Below, one piece after another: positions 20,187-30,887 of a stretch of 64,000 bases of DNA. Origin of the DNA: a virus. The notes below the pieces were generated by a model, which did no database searches, had not been told where the DNA came from, and saw only the letters and a list, made by a program, of their open reading frames with translations. The stretch's first letter is position 1. Each line of letters begins with the position of its first letter. The DNA is taken from the IMG/VR virus record IMGVR_UViG_3300044961_000421, positions 16,876 through 80,875 of that record; one strand, written 5' to 3'. Position numbers and translations under genes: made by a program.

Positions 20187-20575
20187 AATTTCTGTAATCT
20201 ATTTAATATTTCTTTATCCAAAATTATATTGTATGTATTTATGTCTTTTCCATTTATCCCATTTACTTTTTCTGGTAATCTATCTAAAAAGTAAAGAAAT
20301 GAACACAAATATGGTATGATAGATTCATCCAATTTAAAAAATAAAATACGGACAGCGGCTTCATTAGGAAAGACATTAAAGAATATGATTAGGTGATTGA
20401 GTATCAGTCTTTCTTTTAATACTTTTTTATTTTTATATCTCAATAATAATCTTTTTAGATATTTAATCTTATTAACATCATCCCAAAATTCTTGTATATT
20501 ACAACACCTTTCGTTTTCATATGCTTTCATGATATATAAATCTATGTTTTCAGATGTCAAATTTTCAAAATTCAT
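20183..20575 (-). CDS. conserved T4-like hypothetical protein
   Basis: KYLKRLL..Y...LKERLILNHLII..NVF....LFFK. Confidence 0.75.
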   Translation of the reverse strand: MNFENLTSENIDLYIMKAYENERCCNIQEFWDDVNKIKYLKRLLLRYKNKKVLKERLILNHLIIFFNVFPNEAAVRILFFKLDESIIPYLCSFLYFLDRLPEKVNGINGKDINTYNIILDKEILNRLQKL

Positions 20576-20603
20576 ATTTGTTTTGGTTTGTAAAACACTC
20601 TAA

Positions 20604-21563
20604 TTATCTCATTTTATTTGGATTTTGCATTTTATCTTTATCACCTAAGAGCAATTTTCTTCCTGTTTCTCGTGATTCTGGAATATTTGGTTTACGCAAA
20701 GGAATGATCTTTGATTCTTTTTCTTTATTACCAACTTTAAATTTTGTCTGATTAAAAGCAACATTTCCCACTGGTTTTCCTAATTTACTATATACCCAAT
20801 TTTTTCTCATATCAAAATCCACTTGCTTCTTTGTTTCTTTTAACCCTAATCTTTGTCTTTCTGCTTTGGCTGCCGCGTCACCGGCCGCAATTCTTTGTCT
20901 ATATTTCTTCATCAAATCTCGAAAGCGGCCACGGATACCACCAACGATACCCTTCCTTTTAATAACATTTCTTACAACATCTTCATCATCTGAATACATA
21001 TTTTTTCCCTCATTAACAGAATTGATTCCGGAAGATAGAGTTTCTTTTTTCAAATCACCTCTTACAATTTCTGCATCCAAATTCCAAACACCCTTAAATT
21101 TACTCCAATGAACGGCAAGAAGGAGACCACCTGGAATTTTTTCCGAAATACCATCAGTTTTTTTCACTTCCCCATCAGCATACATCCCCATCGGACCACC
21201 GTATTGTGTCAATTTGAAATAAATTGGTGATATTTTTGCTGTACCAAAATCTTCACTACCGGAACCGGGAAAAATTGAATAAACATCAGTTATTCCATAT
21301 CTATCTGTATCCCATTTAAAATGAAGTCCGGCAAATGCTAATTTATTTTGAATACGAATCAAAAATGTAAATGGATTTATATATTGGCGAGGAACACCTT
21401 GATTCAAGTAAGCATTTAATTTCGAAATTACATCCTGATCTTGAATATTTGCTACAGATTTATCAACATCATCAGCAGACCAAAATCCGGTTGAAAGGGG
21501 GGAAGCATTAATTTTATACTCCATTAATACAGATTCATTTAATTGTCTTTTATTTTTTCTCAT
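20604..21563 (-). CDS. hypothetical (probable late/virion) protein
   Basis: 319 aa ORF in the late cluster with LNE/LKE/VNE motifs. Confidence 0.6.
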   Translation of the reverse strand: MRKNKRQLNESVLMEYKINASPLSTGFWSADDVDKSVANIQDQDVISKLNAYLNQGVPRQYINPFTFLIRIQNKLAFAGLHFKWDTDRYGITDVYSIFPGSGSEDFGTAKISPIYFKLTQYGGPMGMYADGEVKKTDGISEKIPGGLLLAVHWSKFKGVWNLDAEIVRGDLKKETLSSGINSVNEGKNMYSDDEDVVRNVIKRKGIVGGIRGRFRDLMKKYRQRIAAGDAAAKAERQRLGLKETKKQVDFDMRKNWVYSKLGKPVGNVAFNQTKFKVGNKEKESKIIPLRKPNIPESRETGRKLLLGDKDKMQNPNKMR

Positions 21564-21577
21564 TATGGTTTCCTCTA

Positions 21578-23614
21578 TTAGGCGTTAATCGTTACCGTTG
21601 TATTAATTGGGCGTCTAAATTTCAATGGTGTTGCTACAGAATTTCCTACCGCATCACGAATTATATTTCCATTCAAATTAATTTCATTATCAATCCAAAA
21701 TTGTTGACCAGGAATTAATGCAAAATCTGTTGCTTGAATTGTATAACGGAATACTAATGTATTTGTACTTGATCCAGATGTATAAACAGCATTTCTATAA
21801 TTTTCACCAATACCAATTTTGATGAATGGAGAATCACCTATTGAAATTGATACTTGTGAACTGAATACTACTTCGAAATCTAAGTTATCTCCTGTTTCAT
21901 AAGAAGGTCCACCCAAACGGTTAAACGATACGATATATGGTCTAATCCCGTCTACTGTTTGTGTCGAGGAAGGAGCAGAATGTGTGATAACAGCATTTAC
22001 CAATGAACTATTTTTTATTGTTCCACCGGTAAGTGATAATGCGTTTGCTCCAACAGCGGTCGCACCATTATCACCTTCAACGACAATATAACGGAAAACA
22101 AGAGTTCCTGTACCGGAACCAGAATAATAAGAAGCTAATTTAGTATCAGTACCAATTGTAAACACCATTGTAGGTGTTCCTGATACGGTTACCAATTGAT
22201 TGAAATTTACTGAAATTAAAATTGGATCACCGATCTTCTTTGTTCCTGATAACGCTGTAACTGAAGAAATTGTAGGTGCCGTAGCAGGTGCTCCATTTAT
22301 GGTTATTGTTGTTGTTGTTGGAGGAGTAAATGTTCCTGTATACTCGTTTCCGGCTAAATCTTTAATGAAAGATGGGTCTTCCCAAACGATTGAAGTAAAA
22401 TCACCAGCTTCACAAATATCACCGGATCCAACAACATATGTAAAATAAATCGTTCTAAGCGGGGAGTTTACATCAACACCTGCATATTGAGCAACACGAG
22501 TTTCATTTACATCAATTTCAAAGGAGATAGTACTTGATGCGGCAGTACTGAAATCCATATCTTCATTGAATGTTGCTTTAAATGTGATAGGTGCGCCTGT
22601 AGCAAAATTCGGTCCACCAAGTAATGTCACAGTCGGATTTGCTAAAGCATTATCTACTTCCGGATATGATTCAAAAGATCCTAAGCACTCTAATACAGCA
22701 TCTTCAATATCCAAACTCGAATTTCTTGTTTTTAATGCTACTGTTGCGGCGGCACCGGATCCAGGAACAGAAACAGTTACCACAGGTGCAGTCGTATATC
22801 CAGAACCACCGTTTGTTACTGTATATCGAATAACTGATCCTTGATTTACAATAGCGGTTGCAGCAGCATTTGATCCACCACCACCGGAAAACGATACAGC
22901 AGGAGCACCCAAATAACCGCTTCCTTGTGTCAATACTTCTACTGCAACAACAGCACCACCAGAAATGATGGCTCTTGCTGTAGCACCTGAACCGGATTTT
23001 GAAAACACAACGGTTGGTGCGGAAGTATATCCTTTTCCTCTATCAATCCATTCATATGATGCGATTGAACCAGCAGAAACAAGGGCTTTTGCTTTCGCTT
23101 CTCTCTCAGGTGTACCACCACCAGTGAAAGAAACAAGAAGTGGTGCTGTATAACCAGATCCAGAATTTGTTGTAGTAAATTCACCTAGTGCACCAAATTG
23201 AACATCTTTAATTGTACCGGAATTCAAATCAATAGCAGTAGTATTTGAAAAATCTATAATATCTGTATCACCAGAAACAATGATATAGGAAAACAATAAT
23301 CTATTTGTTCCTGATCCGGAAACATAAGAAAGATTACGATTATTTACACCAATAGTTACAGGAATTCTAGGAGTTCCTGTAACAACGACAGCTTCATTGA
23401 AGAAAACATAAACCGATAAAGTATCACCGGTTTTATAGAGAGTTTTTGTTGGATTTAATAATTCAAATTTGATCGGATTTGCTTCTTCTGATAAATATGC
23501 TAAATTACGGATAGGAACAAGCAATTCACCCGTTTCTACATCCACCCAACCCTCATCGGTTGCTTTTACATTTTCCATCCAAGTTGGTGGAATTTCGTTT
23601 GTCCAGTATGCCAT
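21578..23614 (-). CDS. virion structural/adhesin protein with Ig-like and GSGYxxAP repeats
   Basis: repeated YxSGSGTxxLxFxY and GSGYTxAPxV units; AGGAG RBS; AATAAATA upstream. Confidence 0.7.
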   Translation of the reverse strand: MAYWTNEIPPTWMENVKATDEGWVDVETGELLVPIRNLAYLSEEANPIKFELLNPTKTLYKTGDTLSVYVFFNEAVVVTGTPRIPVTIGVNNRNLSYVSGSGTNRLLFSYIIVSGDTDIIDFSNTTAIDLNSGTIKDVQFGALGEFTTTNSGSGYTAPLLVSFTGGGTPEREAKAKALVSAGSIASYEWIDRGKGYTSAPTVVFSKSGSGATARAIISGGAVVAVEVLTQGSGYLGAPAVSFSGGGGSNAAATAIVNQGSVIRYTVTNGGSGYTTAPVVTVSVPGSGAAATVALKTRNSSLDIEDAVLECLGSFESYPEVDNALANPTVTLLGGPNFATGAPITFKATFNEDMDFSTAASSTISFEIDVNETRVAQYAGVDVNSPLRTIYFTYVVGSGDICEAGDFTSIVWEDPSFIKDLAGNEYTGTFTPPTTTTITINGAPATAPTISSVTALSGTKKIGDPILISVNFNQLVTVSGTPTMVFTIGTDTKLASYYSGSGTGTLVFRYIVVEGDNGATAVGANALSLTGGTIKNSSLVNAVITHSAPSSTQTVDGIRPYIVSFNRLGGPSYETGDNLDFEVVFSSQVSISIGDSPFIKIGIGENYRNAVYTSGSSTNTLVFRYTIQATDFALIPGQQFWIDNEINLNGNIIRDAVGNSVATPLKFRRPINTTVTINA

Positions 23615-23674
23615 AAGATTAAATTAATCTCCTATTTGAATTCGGTAATAGTATTTATTAAATTTTGAATTTTG

Positions 23675-24139
23675 TTAGACTCTTTTTTTAAGAAACGGAT
23701 TGATAATGATTTTTTCTTTCTTTTTCGTTAGCCTTTTTTTTTCATTTACTCCATCCTCATCACCTTCGTCATTATCCTTGTCATTATCTTTGTCATTATC
23801 CTCTTCTTCATCATCATCTTCTTCATTCTTTTTCTTCTTAATAATGAAGCGCTTTTCTTCCGAATCATCTTCTTTCTTTTTCTTTTTCAAAAACTTTTTT
23901 TCTGTCAATCTAAGATAATCTTTTTGTGGTTTATCAGAATAGATTGCTTCCTCAAGACCTTCAAACTCTTCTTGGATGTCTTTGTTTCTTGCGATTGTAT
24001 TCTTATATCGTGACATTAATCGTCTCATACGTTCAAAGCGAGGATGTCTTTCGTCAATATTATGAATCTGAAAATATCTTTTCAGTTTTTGGATTTTAGC
24101 AAGCAACCGTTGTGTTCTAAGAATATTGTTTACTGACAT
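23675..24139 (-). CDS. hypothetical charged protein
   Basis: basic and acidic blocks, ends EKIIINP. Confidence 0.6.
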   Translation of the reverse strand: MSVNNILRTQRLLAKIQKLKRYFQIHNIDERHPRFERMRRLMSRYKNTIARNKDIQEEFEGLEEAIYSDKPQKDYLRLTEKKFLKKKKKEDDSEEKRFIIKKKKNEEDDDEEEDNDKDNDKDNDEGDEDGVNEKKRLTKKKEKIIINPFLKKRV

Positions 24140-24156
24140 AAACGTTTTACCTTCTA

Positions 24157-25290
24157 TTATTTAGATATTATTTTTAACAAATCTGAAGGGAAATAACCAT
24201 AAGTAATTTCACCTTTTTCTGAAAGGTGCTCATATTGAACAGGAACACCTTTTTTTATTTCCGGTGTTGGGAAAATCAACACAGTACATTTATCTTTTTT
24301 CATTATTAGATTATTATTTTTATCTGTTCCAAAGTGTTTCCAGCCTTTTTTGATTAAAAGTTGTTTCAATCTACCAGAAAAACTAATAATGGTTTCTTCT
24401 TTGAGATTCTTTTTTAACCAATTGTCATCAAAAGGTGATACTTTTTCACCATGAAAAGTTAAACCAAATTTTGGAACAGGTAATTTATCAATACTTTTTC
24501 TTTTGTTCCATTTATATGCAATTGTCGTATGTTGTTTAAATTCTGGATATTTAAATTCTGCACCGGCTTTTTTGGCTCTTTCATATTGTTTCTCTAAGTG
24601 TTTGTTTTTAAAGGTCAAAGCGAGCACGTCTTTATTGGGCCCCAACAATTCCCATTTATAAGTTTTCGGATCAATATTCACTTTTCGTTTCGTCGGTTTA
24701 TATTTTATTTCATTCTTTGTGGAAAGGACCGTGGTATGCATCTTATCCTTTGGGGTATAATTTTTAATTTTATACTTTTTAGCAAATTTTTCCAATTCTT
24801 CAGCAGATTTAGGATGCATTCCTAAAGAAGAGTATAATCCCGCTTCAGATACAACATAATTCTTGTCTAAATCCCAATTGATTCTTTTCCTTTTTAAAAC
24901 TGGTGTAGTATTAGAATAAAGACCAATGTTGGCACTTTCAGGAGAATACCATTTTCTTCCTTCCTTTTCGCGTATTTTAATTTTTCCGCTTTCACCCATC
25001 ATTTTTTTAATCGCTTGTGCTTCTCCTTTAATATTATAAAGATGGGCACCATCTAATCGAATACCCTCTTTTAATTTAATGGCATTAAAAATGGATTTAT
25101 CATTCAATTTTCCTGTTTTTTGTACTATTCCGTGACTCATTTTGTGCCACTCATTTCCACCATAATCAATGAGAAAAGTATCTTTTTTATTATTCCTCCA
25201 CGTTTCATGTTCCTTTTCTTCATCATTTTTTGGATCTTCCTTTTTAAAACCAAGCGAAGAAAGATATATTTTTATAAATCTTTGTTTCAT
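24157..25290 (-). CDS. late multi-domain protein with central Acb1/T4 57B-like 2H phosphodiesterase
   Basis: two HxT motifs (KMHTTV, KQHTTIAY); GLY...W..LK boundaries as in 57B. Confidence 0.78.
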   Translation of the reverse strand: MKQRFIKIYLSSLGFKKEDPKNDEEKEHETWRNNKKDTFLIDYGGNEWHKMSHGIVQKTGKLNDKSIFNAIKLKEGIRLDGAHLYNIKGEAQAIKKMMGESGKIKIREKEGRKWYSPESANIGLYSNTTPVLKRKRINWDLDKNYVVSEAGLYSSLGMHPKSAEELEKFAKKYKIKNYTPKDKMHTTVLSTKNEIKYKPTKRKVNIDPKTYKWELLGPNKDVLALTFKNKHLEKQYERAKKAGAEFKYPEFKQHTTIAYKWNKRKSIDKLPVPKFGLTFHGEKVSPFDDNWLKKNLKEETIISFSGRLKQLLIKKGWKHFGTDKNNNLIMKKDKCTVLIFPTPEIKKGVPVQYEHLSEKGEITYGYFPSDLLKIISK

Positions 25291-25296
25291 AATGAT

Positions 25297-25304
25297 TATT
25301 TATA
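25297..25304 (-). promoter_or_regulatory. T4-type late promoter
   Basis: TATAAATA 6 nt before the ATG at 25290; the same motif occurs at 15459, 27239, 37855 and 47229. Confidence 0.7.
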
Positions 25305-25308
25305 TATT

Positions 25309-25875
25309 TTAGGATATTAGTTCTTTATTGATCATACGATTACGGATCAATTTCATCAAATCGACGGCATCTTCTATCGACAATTTTCCTAAGCAATTAT
25401 AAAATCCAACAAAATCACCATCTAATGCTAATTTCCTTGCTTTCGAAGCACTCATTGATATTGTAGGATCATCATTATCAGGATCACGATTACCTGAAGA
25501 TACGAAATGAATCTTTTCAAATTCATACAGTTTTCCTTGTTGTTTGTTGACAGAATCCTTGAATTGTGTGATTCTATCTTGCCCGACAACAAAAAAAACT
25601 TCTTTATATCCTTCCTTATAAACTTTTTCGAGCATATCAAAGGGTGTTTTCACTTTCGTATCTTCATTAAATATCATTTTTGGAAACATCTTTTTCAAAA
25701 GAGCTATTTTTTCTTTGAAAAAAAGAGGATTTTTATATATATCTTGCGTTTGAGAAACAAAAACCCTGTGGTCTTTCCCATAAGAATTTGAGAGCATGAC
25801 ATCAAATAATTTTTTATGCCCAATGGTAGGAGGATTAAATCTTCCAAATGTTAAAATGATTCCTTTTTTATTCAT
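25309..25875 (-). CDS. cytidyltransferase-like protein (T4-like conserved)
   Basis: TFGRFNPPTIGH, KNPL, VGQDR, SASKAR. Confidence 0.85.
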   Translation of the reverse strand: MNKKGIILTFGRFNPPTIGHKKLFDVMLSNSYGKDHRVFVSQTQDIYKNPLFFKEKIALLKKMFPKMIFNEDTKVKTPFDMLEKVYKEGYKEVFFVVGQDRITQFKDSVNKQQGKLYEFEKIHFVSSGNRDPDNDDPTISMSASKARKLALDGDFVGFYNCLGKLSIEDAVDLMKLIRNRMINKELIS

Positions 25876-25882
25876 AAGGTTC

Positions 25883-27235
25883 TTACTTTGTCGAAATCAT
25901 ATAGTTTATTAACCCTTGTGACGCCCTAATATCACTATATGCAGATTTTCCGCCTTCAAACACAACTTTTGTTTTTCCCGGAACAGTTACACGCATTTCT
26001 ACCTCTCCCCTTCTCCATTTTGTTAAATTCAAATTAATTTGGAAAAAATTTTTTGAGTTGAGAAGAGATGTAATGATCGAAAGAACTTTTGGATCATCAT
26101 TCAATTCTTTCGCTATCCGTTTGGTGAAAAACAAGGTTAAATAAGCATAATTATATTCTTTTGTTAGATATTTTTTTGCTGCTTCAGATTTATCTATCAT
26201 TCTTATCTTTTTTACAACTAGTTCTAGTTCAGGACTCTTTTCTATTGGAATACCTTTTAAAGCATCAATATATGGTTTATAAGAGTCATGAATTATTCTC
26301 TTTGGAATTTTTAATATATGGCGAATTCCATATTCATAAACAATACGTTTTGCACTTTTCTCCAATCCTGTTTCCATTGATTTCGCTATATCAACAAGTT
26401 TTCTCAAAATAGTTGAATTGATTCTTTTTTTATTCATCATGTAAGGAAGAAGATTTGAAAAAAAGGATGCCTTTGAACCAACACCTGATTTTGAGGAAAT
26501 AGGATAAGATATATCCTGCGAAATAAGGATCGAATCTATTTCATTGAATGAAGAAGATGTCGGTATCAAAACTTTTTCAATGTTTTTAAAAACCGATTTT
26601 TTTCCGACAAAAACGTAAGAATGTGTGTTTGGAAAAAATGCATATATACCAGGAAGTAATTCACCAAGATGTTTTGCTAATTCATTTTTTTCGGAAACAG
26701 AAACATCACCTATCCAATTAAAAGCATTTACTCTTTTCTTATTTTCGATATTAAAAAACAAATTTTCTATTGAAGAAAAAACCGGACCACTGACATTTTG
26801 TTTGTTTAATAGATATTCTTTTATACTATTCAAAAGTGTTTTTGGATTAGAAAATTCATAAAACGTTTCTTCCGACCCACCATAATTGTATGATACCATT
26901 TTTCCAAGTTTTACCATATCAACAACTCTCAATCCTATAGATTCGGAAGAACCTACGCCTTCAGGAGAAACGGATATGATGTAATTTTTATTATTAAGTT
27001 TGAAAAATAAAGATAATGGTGCCGAAGATTTCAGACGTTTTGTTTTTATTTGAAAATTGAAGATTTTAAAAACCAAAGAAAGGTTTTGGTGTATTTTTTT
27101 AATCAACCTTTCTCTCTCAATGGAAGAAAGGATAGGAACCATTACTTTTATTGTTTTGTTTGTTTCCGTTTCGATAATTTTGATATTATTGGAATACAAC
27201 GAAAGTATTTTCTTTATCTGTTCTTCATTCATCAA
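25883..27235 (-). CDS. hypothetical late protein (possible nuclease fold)
   Basis: 450 aa; GELL..., IDS......ISSK; late promoter upstream. Confidence 0.6.
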   Translation of the reverse strand: MMNEEQIKKILSLYSNNIKIIETETNKTIKVMVPILSSIERERLIKKIHQNLSLVFKIFNFQIKTKRLKSSAPLSLFFKLNNKNYIISVSPEGVGSSESIGLRVVDMVKLGKMVSYNYGGSEETFYEFSNPKTLLNSIKEYLLNKQNVSGPVFSSIENLFFNIENKKRVNAFNWIGDVSVSEKNELAKHLGELLPGIYAFFPNTHSYVFVGKKSVFKNIEKVLIPTSSSFNEIDSILISQDISYPISSKSGVGSKASFFSNLLPYMMNKKRINSTILRKLVDIAKSMETGLEKSAKRIVYEYGIRHILKIPKRIIHDSYKPYIDALKGIPIEKSPELELVVKKIRMIDKSEAAKKYLTKEYNYAYLTLFFTKRIAKELNDDPKVLSIITSLLNSKNFFQINLNLTKWRRGEVEMRVTVPGKTKVVFEGGKSAYSDIRASQGLINYMISTK

Positions 27236-28043
27236 TTGTATTTATAGGAAAAAAGAAGGGAAAACAAAATTCTTTGTTTGTAGTAGGATCCTTTATTAAA
27301 AATTTTTCAAAAGATTGGCATACTATTTTCTCATTGCGCGTTATTGTAAATAAAGCATCTTCCTGTTTTTCATACACCATTTCTTCTATTGGTGTATTAT
27401 GATCTCTTTTGAACAAATAACATGCGGATTCCTTTTTAAAATCGTATGTTAACGGAGAAAAATCTCTATCATATACAACTTTTTCACCTATAAATGTTGT
27501 ACACATATTCTTATAAGGTAGAAATATTAATGAATTAATCCCTTTAATAAAGATAACACACGATAAATCCCACCTTTTTGGATTATCCTTATGTACATAA
27601 ATTGGTTTTGAGTATATATCATATATGAAATTATATTGATTATGGACATTATTATCTTTCAGCAAATCCCATAACACATTTATAAATTTGCTTTTTGTTT
27701 CCGAATTTTTAAATTTTGTTTTAAGCCAATATGGCTCAAAACAAAAATAATCGGTTCCATTTATTATCTTTAATTCCGTTAAAAACAAATCAAAAGCATT
27801 GAAAAAAACAGAACGAATATGATCTATGTCTCCTGTTTCTAAATCTATTCTCTTTCTTATTTCCGAAACATGGAGAAATTTTAAAATTAAATGAAAAATA
27901 TTTGGAATACAAGCATCCAATGCTTTTGAATGTATGTTTAAAAGACAAAACATGATATCGGAATATTTTTTTCTTTTGATGTTTGGGGAAAGCTTAGGAA
28001 AATAGTCAAAATAGAAATTAAGATCATAATTTAAAATCTGCAT
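27225..28043 (-). CDS. hypothetical protein
   Basis: 272 aa ORF overlapping the end of gp41. Confidence 0.6.
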   Translation of the reverse strand: MQILNYDLNFYFDYFPKLSPNIKRKKYSDIMFCLLNIHSKALDACIPNIFHLILKFLHVSEIRKRIDLETGDIDHIRSVFFNAFDLFLTELKIINGTDYFCFEPYWLKTKFKNSETKSKFINVLWDLLKDNNVHNQYNFIYDIYSKPIYVHKDNPKRWDLSCVIFIKGINSLIFLPYKNMCTTFIGEKVVYDRDFSPLTYDFKKESACYLFKRDHNTPIEEMVYEKQEDALFTITRNEKIVCQSFEKFLIKDPTTNKEFCFPFFFPINTIDE

Positions 28044-29463
28044 ATTTTTCTTTCCCGCTTTTTACTACATTCTTATTATTAGAAGGTTCTTTGTTTACAG
28101 TTTTCTGCATGTTCGGTAATACTATTTGTGGTAGTGTTGCTCCACCTAAATTTGGAGAAGAATTACCATTTAATTCATACAATCTTTGTCGTGTTCTATC
28201 GACTCCTACATTAAATTTTTTATGTTTTGTCGAATCACCAAAACGATTTTTAATCTGCTTCATCATATATTGATTTAATGTTTCGAGTTGATCATTATTG
28301 ATGATAGCAAGCATAAAGTCCGCCGTTTGTGGAAGACCAAATGATTCCGCTGTATCTGTCATATCCGGATCTGTATCACCAAAACCAGAACGATTAAATT
28401 GTGTTGCTGTAAGAATTCGAGTGTTGTAGGAACCAGCTAAACCTCTCAATTCTTCAGCAATCATTTTGATATAATAGTAAGATGAACCTTCAGCATTTTT
28501 AACCCTGGATGAGGAACATATATTCAGGTAATCAATTATAATAATATCCGGTTTAAAATTTTTCTTTATTTTCAATTCCTCAAGTAGGTGCCGAAATGTA
28601 TCCGCATTTGCTGTAGATGTTGGATATTCTTTAACAATCAATTTACCAAGAAAATTATTTTTCATTTTGTGTACTTTTGATTTGTAAGAATTTTCTGGTA
28701 AATCCACAATCTCATCAATATGCACATCCAACAAGTTTGCATCAATTCGTTTCAGTACTTCTTGTTCTGAAATTTCGAGCGTAATATAGAGGACATTTAA
28801 TCCCGATTTAGAAAAATGTCCGGCAAATGAACAAAGACATAATGTTTTACCTACATTAACACCACCGATTAAAACGGAAAGTGTTTTGTTAGGAATACCA
28901 CCATTTGTTATTTTATCTAAATCAGAAATCCCCCAGGAAATACGAGATAATGGTTGGTGATATAAATTAAATCTTTCTTCTCCTTGTTCCACATAATCGT
29001 GTCCAACGCTAGAATCAAATGAAACGGCAAGGGCGTTTGTGAGCAATTCTGGAATTGCTCCTTTTCCTTTTTTATTTTTTCGTTTCACCTTCGCATCAGA
29101 AAGAATTTCCATAGATTCAGCAATTGCATTATAAATTGCTTGATGTTGACACCATTTTTCTGTATGCTCTAAAAGCCAACTATCCGAAACATTTGGATTT
29201 ATTGTATATAATTCCTTGATTAATCCAAGTGTTTCTTCTAATCTTTCTGAATTTTCACTAATACGTTGATTATTATTTGCGTCAATGAAAAGAGATTGTT
29301 CCGAAGGAAGGGAAGAATGTTTACTAAAATGTTCTGAAATCAATTCATAAACATTCTTCTCTTTCTCTTCTTCAAAATAATTTGGATCAATAAAAGGTTT
29401 TACTTTTCTTAAAAAATCCTCGTTCTTAATTAGATTGTGAAGAATTATTTTCGTTAGAGTCAT
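28024..29463 (-). CDS. 41: replicative DNA helicase (gp41)
   Basis: FDSSVGHDY, GGVNVGKT, YITLE, IDYLNIC, AEELRGLA, ESFGLP. Confidence 0.95.
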   Translation of the reverse strand: MTLTKIILHNLIKNEDFLRKVKPFIDPNYFEEEKEKNVYELISEHFSKHSSLPSEQSLFIDANNNQRISENSERLEETLGLIKELYTINPNVSDSWLLEHTEKWCQHQAIYNAIAESMEILSDAKVKRKNKKGKGAIPELLTNALAVSFDSSVGHDYVEQGEERFNLYHQPLSRISWGISDLDKITNGGIPNKTLSVLIGGVNVGKTLCLCSFAGHFSKSGLNVLYITLEISEQEVLKRIDANLLDVHIDEIVDLPENSYKSKVHKMKNNFLGKLIVKEYPTSTANADTFRHLLEELKIKKNFKPDIIIIDYLNICSSSRVKNAEGSSYYYIKMIAEELRGLAGSYNTRILTATQFNRSGFGDTDPDMTDTAESFGLPQTADFMLAIINNDQLETLNQYMMKQIKNRFGDSTKHKKFNVGVDRTRQRLYELNGNSSPNLGGATLPQIVLPNMQKTVNKEPSNNKNVVKSGKEKYADFKL

Positions 29464-29746
29464 TTTCGTTTATTTCTCTTACCGCATCTTCGAGAATCGA
29501 AAGGAATATAGATTTCCCATATTCCTGGAATGCTTCTTCTTCTTCCTTTGATTCAAATTCCTTATTGTGAATTATAATTTCAAAGTGGGCATACATGTTC
29601 CCATCTTTTTCATCCCTTTCTATTCGTACGTTGATAAAAGAAAATTCTATTCCTTCATATTCACCTTCTGTAATCAGAATTGTGGTCAGATTATCTGGAT
29701 TTCTCAAAAACAATTTATATGGTCTATTCATCATTTTCTCCCTCAT
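29426..29746 (-). CDS. gp40-like head vertex assembly chaperone
   Basis: syntenic position between uvsX and 41; EGEYEGIEF motif. Confidence 0.5.
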   Translation of the reverse strand: MREKMMNRPYKLFLRNPDNLTTILITEGEYEGIEFSFINVRIERDEKDGNMYAHFEIIIHNKEFESKEEEEAFQEYGKSIFLSILEDAVREINENDSNENNSSQSN

Positions 29747-30839
29747 TTACCACTATATCAGAAATAACACATTCATCTTCTTCATTACCACCATATCTAA
29801 AATGCTTTCCAACTTTATCGTCAATTATATCTAACATTTCTTCTGTAAAATATTTTTCTGGATTCTCTTCGATGGTTTTCCTAAAAGCACTCTCCCCGTT
29901 AGGAAATTCATATTTCTTTCCATTTTGTTTAACCACACCATATTCGATACATAAATCTAAGAGTCCAAAATATCTGTCAAGTCCTTTCGTATAGGAAATT
30001 TTTGTTTGGACAGACATATTCTCTTTTGTCAATCTTCCTTTTTCAATCTTTACAGTAATGATTGATCCAATTACAGATTTAGTAGATTCATCTTTGTCCT
30101 TCTTCTTCGACAAAGATAGAATTGTAGATGCTGTATAGATTGGACCTTTTCCACCACCTTGTGCTTTCGTGGGAACATAAGAACCAATCACTTCATAAAC
30201 ATGATTTGTTACAAACATAGGAATTTTTGCTCTACCTAATCTCTGGCACATTGTTCTAAAAAATCTCTTTACTTCTGGTGCTCTTGTCATATCGCGTTTT
30301 CCAGAAGAATCTTCGGCATCAGATAATTCTTTATCGGTTGAAAGCTGTCCAAGAGAATCGAGTACCATCATAGCCGGTGGTCTTAAACTTTCTTCTATTT
30401 CCAAATAAGAAGAAACGATTTTTAATGCCTGAGATGTCACTTCAGAAACCGTAATTACAGGATATTTAACAATACGTTTCGTATCGAGATTTAAATTTTT
30501 TAAATTTTCTTTGAGCCAAGAAGGAGCGTTTTCTGACTCAAACACAAACACAATACCATCTTTATATTTGTTCAAAAATTCACGAATGATACCGAGAATG
30601 AAAAACGTTTTTCCTGTAGAGCTTTCTCCTGGAAAAACGGTTACAAAATTATTGGGATGCCCCTTTCTCGTATATCCGGACATCGCTAAATTTAATGTAT
30701 AACTTCCTGTATCAAAATACTCCAATTTTTCTTCATTATCTTCTATGATTGAAGCATAAGGATTTCCAGAATCAGCTAAAATTTTGGATAGAAATTTATC
30801 ATTAACAGCCTTTAGAGGGCTATTTGTTTTTTTTGCCAT
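29724..30839 (-). CDS. uvsX: UvsX RecA-like recombinase
   Basis: DTGSY, GESSTGKTF, LDSLG, DMTRA, VTNHVY. Confidence 0.93.
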   Translation of the reverse strand: MAKKTNSPLKAVNDKFLSKILADSGNPYASIIEDNEEKLEYFDTGSYTLNLAMSGYTRKGHPNNFVTVFPGESSTGKTFFILGIIREFLNKYKDGIVFVFESENAPSWLKENLKNLNLDTKRIVKYPVITVSEVTSQALKIVSSYLEIEESLRPPAMMVLDSLGQLSTDKELSDAEDSSGKRDMTRAPEVKRFFRTMCQRLGRAKIPMFVTNHVYEVIGSYVPTKAQGGGKGPIYTASTILSLSKKKDKDESTKSVIGSIITVKIEKGRLTKENMSVQTKISYTKGLDRYFGLLDLCIEYGVVKQNGKKYEFPNGESAFRKTIEENPEKYFTEEMLDIIDDKVGKHFRYGGNEEDECVISDIVVNEGENDE

Positions 30840-30887
30840 TCTTTTACCTCTTTTTTATTATAACATGTTTATAACAAAAAAACAAGT

